Shown piece after piece: positions 1 to 7,893 of a DNA stretch of 32,000 nucleotides. The stretch spans positions 26,483 to 58,482 of the forward strand of contig NZ_JHXR01000010.1 of NCBI RefSeq assembly GCF_000621645.1. The letters are read 5' to 3'. The translations under genes and the position numbers were made by a program. The notes under the pieces were generated by a model. The model worked only from the letters and a program-made list of their open reading frames with translations. It was not told where the DNA came from and made no database searches. The stretch comes from Vibrio cholerae ATCC 14035. GTDB taxonomy: Bacteria > Pseudomonadota > Gammaproteobacteria > Enterobacterales > Vibrionaceae. Position 1 is the stretch's first letter; every line of letters begins with the position of its first letter.

Positions 1-528
<528 letters not shown>

Positions 529-535
<7 letters not shown>

Positions 536-2181
536 AGATACACGCACCGTTTCAATCCGTACTTTTTTGGCTAACGCTGCTGGTAAGTTTGCTGGCACTT
601 CCCGCGCATTCCGCTGATTTAGTGGCCAGTGTCAGCAAAAATAAAGTGGTCAAAAATCAAGTGTTTCAGCTGCGAATTGTCAGTCATGACAAAGTCTCTG
701 CTGATGCCCTCGATTTTTCCCAACTGGAGCCTGACTTTTTTGTTGGCCAGCCGAGTTTTGCCTCCTCGACCAATATCATCAATGGCAACTACTCACAACG
801 CAGTGAATGGACCGTTGCGCTTGCGGCGCAAAAAGTAGGCATAGTGACTATCCCAAGTTTCCAGTTAGGGAGTCACCAAACCTCCCCTATCGCGATCCAA
901 GTGACTGAAGATCAAGACCAACCTGCCCAGGAAGAGTTGGCGGAGGTACGCAGCCGTTTAGAACGAACAGAGCTTTATCCTGGTGAAAGCACACTATTCC
1001 ACGCGCAGTTGATCATTAAGGAAGACATTCGTCGCCTGCGCGACCCCAAGATTACCCCACCGAAAGTCGAGGGCATGCGTTTAGAATCGGCGAGCGAGCC
1101 GAAACAGTATCCGAGTGTGCTCAATGGGGTAGAAGTGACGATTGTCGAACAATCCTTTCGCATCACCGCTGAGCAGGCAGGCCAGTTTACCTTAAGTGAG
1201 CCTGTGCTTAAGGCCGGCTTATTGTATGGTAACCAATACAGTGGCAATACTCGCTTAATCCCAATACTGACTAAGGCCAAAAACTACTCAATCCAAGTAT
1301 TAGAAAAACCCAAACACTATCAGGGCACTTGGCTGCCCACCGCCAAGCTGAGCCTGACTCAAGAGTGGCAAGATGGGCAACAAAAGCTCGACTCAACCAC
1401 TGCCTACTCGACTCAAGTTGGCCATGCCATTACTCGCGAGATTCGTCTGCAAGTCAGTGGGTTGACTCAACAACAATTGCCAAACATCCACATCCCATAC
1501 CCAGAGAGCATCAGCGTCTATGCTGAGAAGCCGCAATTTAGTACGCTGGATAATGGCGATACCGTAATGACCTTCAAGCAAGTGCTGATCCCTCGTCAGG
1601 CAGGAGATATTCACTTACCCGAGTTCAACCTCAACTGGTGGAACACCCAGACACAAGCGGAGCAGACCAGCCAAGTGGCAGGCATGACTTTGCAAGTCAA
1701 ACCCAGCGAAGAAACGCCTGTATTACCCACGCCGAGCCAGCCGAGTACTCCTGAGATCCAGCAGGTCGTCGACGCTGGCTATTGGCCATATATCACTCTG
1801 CTGTTTGCGCTGCTGTGGCTCAGTACGGCCCTCTTGGCTTGGATGTTGTGGCGTCACAAGCACACCGACCCTCAGGCGAACCATAAAACGAAAGCGGCCT
1901 CTAACGCACCGTCTTGCGCCTATCAAGCCGTGCTACAAGCTATCGAGCAACAAGACTTACTGGCTCTGAGCCCAGCGTTACGTACTTGGCAAAAGGAAGT
2001 GATGCTGAATCAAGAAGAGGAGCAAACCCTGACGGCTCTTGTCCATACATTACAGCAAGCTTGTTTCTCGGAGCGGACGGAGCAACCGGATTTCAATCCC
2101 TTGAAAAATTGGCTTGTGGCTAAACAGAAACAGCAGGGGAAAATGCAGCGCAGCCGTTCATCCACTTTACCACCGTTATAA
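529..2181 (+). CDS. BatD-like (oxygen-tolerance family) membrane-anchored protein
   Basis: 550 aa. The ATG lies inside ATGGTAA, overlapping the upstream stop (translational coupling). N-terminal signal peptide (LLVSLLALPAHSADL) and a C-terminal TM helix (YWPYITLLFALLWLSTALLAWMLW). The family call is from memory of Bat/MoxR-vWA operons. Confidence 0.65.
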
Positions 2182-2341
2182 CTTTGGCTTTGACAGGAGG
2201 CTGACAATTTCATGTCCTCGAGGGATAGCTTGTTAAGCGTGGTAAGAGTAATTTAGAGCGCGATGAAAAATGGTGGAGAATGTGGCTAGGTGTGGTACTT
2301 CTCTGTCGTCAGTTAAAAGGTCAATCACTGGGAGGACATCC

Positions 2342-3058
2342 ATGACCAATATCAATACCAAAGCCGCCACTGTGCTCGGACTAAGCCTGATTATCGGGCT
2401 TTCCGCACTGGGCTTCTTGGTACAACAAATGGCGGTTAAGTTTAAAGAGTACGAGCGCGTTGTGGCGGTGAAAGGGCTGTCTGAACGTGAAGTGGTGGCC
2501 GATACCGTCATCTGGCCAATTCAATTTACCGTTGCGGATAATCAGCTCTCTTCTCTGTTTGCCACTGTCGATCAGCAAACTCAGCTCATTACCCAATTCT
2601 TAGTGGAAAAAGGCGTGGATCGCGCAGCGATTTCCCTTTCAGCACCTGCTGTGATCGATAAAAAAGCTCAACAATATGGTGAAGACCGCGCTGAGTTTCG
2701 CTATTTAGCGACTCAAACCTTGACCGTGTACAGCAAACAAGTCGATCAAGTACGCAAAATCATTAGCGAAATTGGTCAGTTGGGTAAGCAAGGCGTGGTT
2801 TTTAACCAAGATCCTTACAACAATCGCGTTGAATTTAGCTTCACCGGGCTCAATGCCATCAAACCAGACATGATTGAAGAGGCGACGAAGCAGGCAAGAG
2901 AAGTCGCGCAGAAGTTTGCAAAAGATTCGCAAAGCACGCTAGGCAAGATCAAAACGGCTTCACAAGGACAGTTTTCCATTACTGATCGTGATAACAATAC
3001 GCCATACATCAAAAATGTACGCGTAGTCACCACCGTTGAGTATTACCTGTCCGATTGA
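2342..3058 (+). CDS. SIMPL / DUF541 domain protein with N-terminal membrane anchor
   Basis: Track ORF 2270..3058, but ATG 2342 is preceded by GGGAGG (2331-2336) and begins a hydrophobic anchor (MTNINTKAATVLGLSLIIGLSALGFLV). The C-terminal ...AREVAQKFAKDSQSTLGKIKTASQGQFSI... is typical of SIMPL proteins. Confidence 0.65.
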   Translation: MTNINTKAATVLGLSLIIGLSALGFLVQQMAVKFKEYERVVAVKGLSEREVVADTVIWPIQFTVADNQLSSLFATVDQQTQLITQFLVEKGVDRAAISLSAPAVIDKKAQQYGEDRAEFRYLATQTLTVYSKQVDQVRKIISEIGQLGKQGVVFNQDPYNNRVEFSFTGLNAIKPDMIEEATKQAREVAQKFAKDSQSTLGKIKTASQGQFSITDRDNNTPYIKNVRVVTTVEYYLSD

Positions 3059-3227
3059 TACACCCTAACCATTTCTCGTAGCAACAGTGTGGGCAAGATG
3101 AGAATCACGTCTTGTCTATGCTGATAGGGATGAGGCTGATGGGGATGAGCTCACTGAACAGCAACACTAGGGTGTTTGGGATAAGAGCGCATTCATCGAA
3201 AGCAAAAAATGAATGGAAATCCATTTA

Positions 3228-3334
3228 TTAGAAATTCATTTTTTAGAAAGCAATTTTTGTTAGAAAACAATGTTAGAAAATAATCTATTAGAAAGTAAAA
3301 AGGGGCGTGGTTTTCACCACGCCCCTTTTAGAAT
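3228..3334. repeat. Array of six TTAGAA(A) heptamers at 13-17 bp spacing in AT-rich DNA; the sixth lies beyond the terminator hairpin
   Basis: TTAGAAA at 3228, 3243, 3260, 3273 and 3288, and TTAGAAT at 3328. The flanks are loosely similar (..aTTT(t)TTAGAAA..). Lies in the convergent SIMPL/cspA intergenic region. Confidence 0.7.
3301..3327. terminator. Bidirectional rho-independent terminator shared by the SIMPL gene (+) and cspA (-)
   Basis: Perfect 10-bp GC-rich stem AGGGGCGTGG / CCACGCCCCT with a 7-nt loop. It is flanked by an A-run on the left and a T-run on the right. Confidence 0.9.
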
Positions 3335-3347
3335 CAATCTGAGCTAA

Positions 3348-3560
3348 TTACAGCGCAGTAACTTGAGCAGCTTGTGGGCCTTTTTTGCCTTGCTCAACGG
3401 TGAAGCTTACACGCTGGCCTTCAGCCAGAGTTTTGAAGCCTTCAGAAACGATAGACTTGAAGTGTACGAACACGTCTTGACCGCCGTTGTCTTGAGAGAT
3501 GAAACCAAAACCTTTAGTTTCGTTGAACCATTTTACTGAACCAGTCATTTTCTGAGACAT
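3348..3560 (-). CDS. cspA: Cold-shock protein, CspA family
   Basis: 70 aa with cold-shock-domain RNP motifs KGFGFI and VFVHF. GAGG lies upstream of the ATG. Confidence 0.93.
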   Translation of the reverse strand: MSQKMTGSVKWFNETKGFGFISQDNGGQDVFVHFKSIVSEGFKTLAEGQRVSFTVEQGKKGPQAAQVTAL

Positions 3561-3780
3561 AGTAACCTCTGATATATATTTGCTATGAGTTTATTTGGCT
3601 GATAACGAAAGCTATTGAATGGTATATCAAGACAAAGTTGACGCAGGTTTAACGAGAAATCGATAACGATCTGAGATTGAACTTTCACTGAATTTAACAT
3701 TAACAACTCTTACCTAAGAGCCGAGGTAAACTATACACGTATTTTTTCGAAACGCTACATTTATTTGTGTTATTTGCCAA
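3561..3780 (-). promoter_or_regulatory. cspA long 5' leader plus candidate promoters
   Basis: On the minus strand there is TATAGT (plus coordinates 3730-3735). Alternatively TTGGCA (3775-3780), a 17-nt spacer, then TAGCGT (3752-3757). Either gives a 5'UTR of about 160-185 nt, like the thermosensing leader of enterobacterial cspA. A stem TTACCT..AGGTAA lies near the predicted 5' end. Confidence 0.4.
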
Positions 3781-3805
3781 AGCGTAAGAAATCTGCTGGA
3801 TAATG

Positions 3806-5938
3806 CTACATTTCTACCTGTATGCAGTCGATATTTTCAACAATAACGCCAATAACCTGATTCCGTCCTTGGCTTTTCGCTCTGTACAAGGCTTTATCCG
3901 CTTCTGCATAGAGCTGATCAAATTGAATCTCTCGCGGTTTATAACGAGAAGCAGCATAACCAATCGATACGGTCAGTAGCTCACCACTGGGATTTTCGCA
4001 GTGTTCTATGCATTCAGCTTCAATACTTTTACGAATATTTTCAGCCAGTAAGTGAATCTCCTCGGCGCTTCGATTGGCGACTAAAAGCAGAAACTCTTCC
4101 CCACCAATACGACAGAACAGTTCATGCTCAGATTGCGCATGTCGACTGAGGATATTACCAATCCGCATCAGAGCAATATCGCCTTCAAGATGACCATAGC
4201 AGTTGTTGAAAAGCCCGAAATGGTCAATATCGAGCAAGATCACGCCATAATTGACCACCTCTTTGATGGTCTGTTCGCAAGTTTGCTCCAGTTGGTGCTC
4301 AAGCATACGGCGATTCCCTAAACGAGTCAGCGGATCTAATTTCGCCATTAAATCGAGTTTTTCGTTGGCTTTTTGCAAATCACGAGTGCGATTACGCACC
4401 TCAAGCTCCAGCGTTTCATTGAGTACCGAGATCGCTTCTTGGGCTTTGGCTCGCATCAAGACTTCGGTGAGGTTTGAAGCAAACATACGAATCACTTCAC
4501 GCAGTTGTGAAGTCAAGGGGGAACGTCGGATCAAATTATCCGCCGCAATAAAGGCAATCGGGGTGCCTTTGTCGGTGAGCATGGTCATCGCCGTCCAACC
4601 ATAACCTACAATTTTACAGTCGTGATAGATGGGAACACTCTCTTTAAACACCACTTCGTTTGGGTACACTTTGGCAAGGTCGACAATGTCATTTTCATGC
4701 GTTGAACCACGGAAATAGGATTCATCGACAATATTGCCTTGAATATCCGTCCCCCACGTCCCCTGAATATAAGAGCAAGCTTCATCTGTCAAAAACACCG
4801 CCATGCGATCAATCCCCATTCGGTTGATCGCAAAGGTGACTGCCGATTTACACACTTCACTGACTGTCATACAGCGAGACAGTTCGACCATGCTGGCATG
4901 CAGCATACGTACGTTTTGTTCCTGCTTTTTACGAATATAAATTTGCGCGAGCAATGAGCCAAACGACTCAAGCATCTGTTTTTGATACTCGGTAATCGGC
5001 TGCCGATTGATATAGTTGTCGATGGCAATCCAGCCTATGGTGTCATTACCATCACGCAAAATCAGCATGGCATTCCAGCCTTGTCCCACTACCTGTCCGA
5101 CGGTGTACAAAGGCACATCTTCTACCACCATCAAAGTGCACTCTTCATTGGATAAAGCTTCGAGATATTGAGGCTCTAATTGGTGCAGATCATACTGGGT
5201 GTGCTGTTCATCAATCGTATTACCGTGCTCATCGGTACCATAAGTACCGCTGAAGCAACGCTTTTTCATATCAAGCAACAAGAGCGCGGATCGATCAAAC
5301 CCGAGACGATGTCGCATAGCCTCGACCGATGCGCGGTGTAGCTCATCAAGATTGGCGGGGTTGGACAACTCGAGCGCGACTTGATGCACCAGCTTCATGT
5401 TGTCAATAAACTGCTCTCGCTGACGAATTTCACTAAGGTACTGCGCCTCACGTAAATCACGATTTTTAAACTCTTTCGATGCTTCAATTTCCGCTCGTAA
5501 GCATTGCCATTTCGCTGCAATTAACTGTAAAAAATCCAACTCACCGGATTGAGTGCTCAGGTGTACTTTATCGACGCATGCCGCTTGAATGATCAGATAA
5601 GTCCGATGCTGAGGATGATTATCCAGCATAAAAATAAACGACTCACCGCCCATCACTGGCAAATAGTTCCAGCGACAGGTATTGATGGCAAAAGGGATCA
5701 AGCCATCGGAAGTATCAAACTGCGCAGCCCATGCCCAAAAGGCTTCAGGATACGCTTCTAGCGGCGTAAACGTGTTGGAAGAGAGTAAGGTGTGACCTGC
5801 CACGTCTTGAGATGGTGCTCGTACGATCCCAGCTGATTGCGATAATAGAAATGTCGTTAAGTACTCAAACGTGGTCTCGGCCAACATTCGATAATTACGA
5901 CTTGAGGTAACTCTTTTGAGTAGGGTTCGAGGAAACAT
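3806..5938 (-). CDS. Cytoplasmic diguanylate cyclase: N-terminal unknown/GAF-like region, two GAF domains, coiled coil, GGDEF domain
   Basis: 710 aa. C-terminal GGDEF domain with an intact RIGGEEF active site. The position where the RxxD I-site is expected reads SEHE. Two repeated GAF-like blocks are present (..GTYGTDEHGNTIDE.. and ..GTWGTDIQGNIVDE..). No TM segment. The start could be 5887 instead. Confidence 0.85.
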   Translation of the reverse strand: MFPRTLLKRVTSSRNYRMLAETTFEYLTTFLLSQSAGIVRAPSQDVAGHTLLSSNTFTPLEAYPEAFWAWAAQFDTSDGLIPFAINTCRWNYLPVMGGESFIFMLDNHPQHRTYLIIQAACVDKVHLSTQSGELDFLQLIAAKWQCLRAEIEASKEFKNRDLREAQYLSEIRQREQFIDNMKLVHQVALELSNPANLDELHRASVEAMRHRLGFDRSALLLLDMKKRCFSGTYGTDEHGNTIDEQHTQYDLHQLEPQYLEALSNEECTLMVVEDVPLYTVGQVVGQGWNAMLILRDGNDTIGWIAIDNYINRQPITEYQKQMLESFGSLLAQIYIRKKQEQNVRMLHASMVELSRCMTVSEVCKSAVTFAINRMGIDRMAVFLTDEACSYIQGTWGTDIQGNIVDESYFRGSTHENDIVDLAKVYPNEVVFKESVPIYHDCKIVGYGWTAMTMLTDKGTPIAFIAADNLIRRSPLTSQLREVIRMFASNLTEVLMRAKAQEAISVLNETLELEVRNRTRDLQKANEKLDLMAKLDPLTRLGNRRMLEHQLEQTCEQTIKEVVNYGVILLDIDHFGLFNNCYGHLEGDIALMRIGNILSRHAQSEHELFCRIGGEEFLLLVANRSAEEIHLLAENIRKSIEAECIEHCENPSGELLTVSIGYAASRYKPREIQFDQLYAEADKALYRAKSQGRNQVIGVIVENIDCIQVEM

Positions 5939-6191
5939 GCGCAGCCTGACTTAATCTTTGTTTTATGCGAAATCATGGCCGAAATTCTGATAAGCAATCA
6001 ATTGGTTATCCTTCTGGCAGTTAACTACGCCGCACTTTTTTTAGATAACTGATCGCATACTCGGCACAGCCAGCATTTTTGCGAGGTTGTTTCCATTTAT
6101 TGCATCAATAGCATGCTCTTTTTGAATTTTTTCTCATTAATGAGTCAGTTTTTTTGTGGTTGCCGTCTCCTTGTAATAGCCCAGTTTTTTC

Positions 6192-6305
6192 AAATCCCTT
6201 CCCGAACGATTTGGACTTTGAGGTAGACACACTCTCTTAAGCGCTGTGCGGAGTGTGAAGTCAGCATGGCTAACCACACCATAGCTTCAAGTAGCAAGAA
6301 GATAT
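6192..6305. repeat. Degenerate ERIC-like imperfect palindromic element (third, diverged copy)
   Basis: The right end AGCTTCAAGTAG is identical to the copy at 30296-30423. The left part tTTGGActTTgAGGTAG matches aCTTGGAGTTGCAGGTAG at 14/18. It has its own central dyad CACACTC(6228-6234)/GAGTGTG(6251-6257). Confidence 0.4.
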
Positions 6306-6347
6306 CTGCTAGAATTAGGCGCAGTTTGTTTCCATCTTGGGTCTCCT

Positions 6348-6830
6348 ATGCGTCTTTTCTCTGCCGTACTGCTGTTATTGCTGATTTTCCCTAACCTGAG
6401 TTATGCGCAAGTCGATTTAGTGAAAGTGGATAAATCGAAACGGCGTATGTACTTACTCCAAGGCAATGAAATCATTCGTGAGTATCGTATTGCTCTAGGA
6501 AAATCGCCTAAAGGGCATAAGCAGCAAGAAGGCGACCAACGCACACCAGAGGGACACTATCTTTTAGACTTTATTATTGAAGATTCGAGCTTCTACCGTT
6601 CGATACACATTAGCTACCCCAACACTCGCGATCAGCAGCTCGCTCATTTGCGCGGCGTAAATCCCGGTGGTGATATTAAGATTCATGGCTTAAAAAACGG
6701 TGATGAGAGAGAGCCGAGTTTCGTACAAAGCTTTGATTGGACGAACGGCTGCATTGCCATTACCAATCAAGAAATGGATGAGTTTTTAAGCCTAGTTCAG
6801 CCCGGTGTGCCCATACATATTGAGTGGTAA
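6348..6830 (+). CDS. Small periplasmic L,D-transpeptidase family (YkuD domain) protein
   Basis: 160 aa with a signal peptide (LLLLLIFPNLSYAQV). YkuD catalytic signature: IHG...(x24)...TNGCIAI, with His and Cys. Confidence 0.8.
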   Translation: MRLFSAVLLLLLIFPNLSYAQVDLVKVDKSKRRMYLLQGNEIIREYRIALGKSPKGHKQQEGDQRTPEGHYLLDFIIEDSSFYRSIHISYPNTRDQQLAHLRGVNPGGDIKIHGLKNGDEREPSFVQSFDWTNGCIAITNQEMDEFLSLVQPGVPIHIEW

Positions 6831-6899
6831 ATGGGTTGGTCTCGCGCTGAAAACGCAGACCAAGAGATCGCCACAACATGGCGCAGCAATCCAGTTTGG

Positions 6900-7112
6900 T
6901 TACTGTTTTAAAGGTTTGACTAAGGATTCTAGCCCCTCAATTTTGATCGCTAGGCAGAGCTCCAGTAACACGCCTAGCTCTCCTTCTGGAAAACCTTGTT
7001 TTTGAAACCAAAGTAAATAAGGTTCTGGCAAATCAATCAAAACTCGACCTGCGTATTTACCAAATGGCATTTTCATTTGTGCCAATTTTATAAGATGCGT
7101 TTTCTCAAACAT
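6900..7112 (-). CDS. DUF3820-family small protein (family sometimes labelled putative quorum-sensing-regulated virulence factor)
   Basis: The conserved core MPFGKYAGRVLIDLPEPYLLWFQKQGFPEGELG begins soon after Met42 of the track ORF. The upstream 41 codons look non-coding, so the start is placed at ATG 7112. Confidence 0.6.
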   Translation of the reverse strand: MFEKTHLIKLAQMKMPFGKYAGRVLIDLPEPYLLWFQKQGFPEGELGVLLELCLAIKIEGLESLVKPLKQ

Positions 7113-7317
7113 TGTGAATATTGAATATCGTCGATAACTCAGCGGGCAGACTAAAGCGAAGCGTGAGAAAAGTAAATCTCTTCCTGCATCTGGATGCAGA
7201 TAAAAATAGCGGAATAAATGTGATTCACCACCCACTATTTTATTTTTTGTTAGCGTATTCTCAATTTATTCATTTGTCAGATGACGAATGGCTATTTTCA
7301 TCCATAATCAAAGTGGG

Positions 7318-7338
7318 TTTGAAATGAATCATTTCAAA
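7318..7338. promoter_or_regulatory. 21-bp perfect palindrome TTTGAAATGA-A-TCATTTCAAA immediately upstream of the tnaC Shine-Dalgarno
   Basis: Perfect dyad seen directly. It ends 1 nt before AGGTGA (7340-7345). A candidate sigma70 promoter lies just upstream: ATGACG (7281-7286), 16 nt, CATAAT (7303-7308). A CRP-like TGTTA-N6-TCTCA is at 7248-7263. Confidence 0.45.
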
Positions 7339-7349
7339 TAGGTGAAAAT

Positions 7350-7421
7350 ATGAGAACGCACAACAACTCTAGTATCTGGTTTACCCTCGATTATAAAATC
7401 GCTTTCTTCTTTCCTGCGTAA
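7350..7421 (+). CDS. tnaC: tna operon leader peptide TnaC (23 aa: MRTHNNSSIWFTLDYKIAFFFPA)
   Basis: Not in the ORF track because it is too short. SD AGGTGA is 4 nt upstream. It carries WFxxDxKI and a Pro 12 residues after the Trp (W10, D14, P22), the same spacing as E. coli TnaC W12, D16, P24. It lies upstream of tnaA on the same strand. Confidence 0.8.
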   Translation: MRTHNNSSIWFTLDYKIAFFFPA

Positions 7422-7519
7422 TCCCTTCTCGCGTGGATGACTAGGCATGTTTTTGCAGTCAATCGACTGCAATCCGGTTTTGTTATTCCGCTGTCTTACT
7501 CGCTTGACGCATGGCTTTA

Positions 7520-7648
7520 TATACCCACACCACTTGGAATTGCAGGTAGTAGGCAAGGGTGTTCATCCCCATGAGCATAGATAAACTTTGGGATTGGCGG
7601 TGAACGAACGTTGCCAACAACGCTGCAGCCTCAAGTAAGCAGGGGATA
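7520..7648 (+). repeat. ERIC-type (enterobacterial repetitive intergenic consensus-like) imperfect palindromic element, copy 1, inside the tnaC-tnaA spacer
   Basis: About 129 bp, TATACCC...GGGGATA. Roughly 80-85% identical by eye to 30296-30423 in the same orientation. Arms cttggaattgcagg / gctgcagcctcaag and the central tcccca..tgggat dyad follow ERIC architecture. Confidence 0.85.
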
Positions 7649-7893
7649 TCGCTTACTGCCAGATATCGACAATTTTAAGTCTATCTAATGACTTATATTG
7701 GTCTTTATCTGTGTTTAGTTAAGCCATTGAAGAAAATATAAATATGCGTTTTAAGCTTTGTAAGCATTAAATATGCATTCGCTTCGACGTAGATATTATT
7801 TACGTCATAGCTGCATAGTGAATCAATCTCAGCACAAGGAATTTCATTTATTCCTTGCACGACTTTATATTTAAATTTTTAGGAATACCCAGC

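Noticed and set aside
2212-2256. 14-codon ORF (MSSRDSLLSVVRVI) after an AGGAGG in the BatD-SIMPL intergenic region
   Set aside because: The SD-to-ATG spacing is about 12 nt, and there is no recognisable function or conservation signal.
3228-3334. TTAGAAA array as a CRISPR array
   Set aside because: The repeat unit is only 7 bp with 6-10 bp between units. There are no 25-40 bp repeats, spacers or cas genes anywhere in the window.
6836-6863. Hairpin TTGGTCT(c)GCG...CGCAGACCAA between the convergent ldt and DUF3820 genes as a terminator
   Set aside because: The stem is reasonable, but no U-tract follows on either strand. It is left unannotated as too uncertain.
7318-7338. The tnaC-proximal palindrome as a Fur, Zur or CRP box
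   Set aside because: The ends GAAATG...CATTTC resemble a Zur box and the centre resembles AATGA..TCATT of Fur boxes. However, the dyad is several bp shorter than either consensus, and the half-site spacing does not fit CRP (TGTGA-N6-TCACA).
7329-7556. 75-aa minus-strand ORF in the tna leader region
   Set aside because: It runs antisense across the much better supported tnaC ORF and into the ERIC repeat. It has no SD, and its Lys/Arg-rich composition is typical of a spurious ORF in AT-rich DNA.
7688-7874. Small plus-strand ORFs just upstream of tnaA (MTYIGLYLCLVKPLKKI at 7688, MRFKLCKH at 7744, a 33-codon ORF at 7773) as alternative leader peptides
   Set aside because: None contains the Trp/Asp/Pro signature or a convincing SD. 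The ORF at 7350 fits the TnaC pattern precisely.
7855-7893. Upstream extension of tnaA in the ORF track. Similar N-terminal extensions occur at 2270-2341, 7113-7235, 9391-9411, 17136-17168, 23724-23963, 27445-27468 and 28626-28673.
   Set aside because: In each case an internal start has a better SD and begins the conserved N-terminus or signal peptide. The extensions start at weak or alternative codons and have no family-like sequence.
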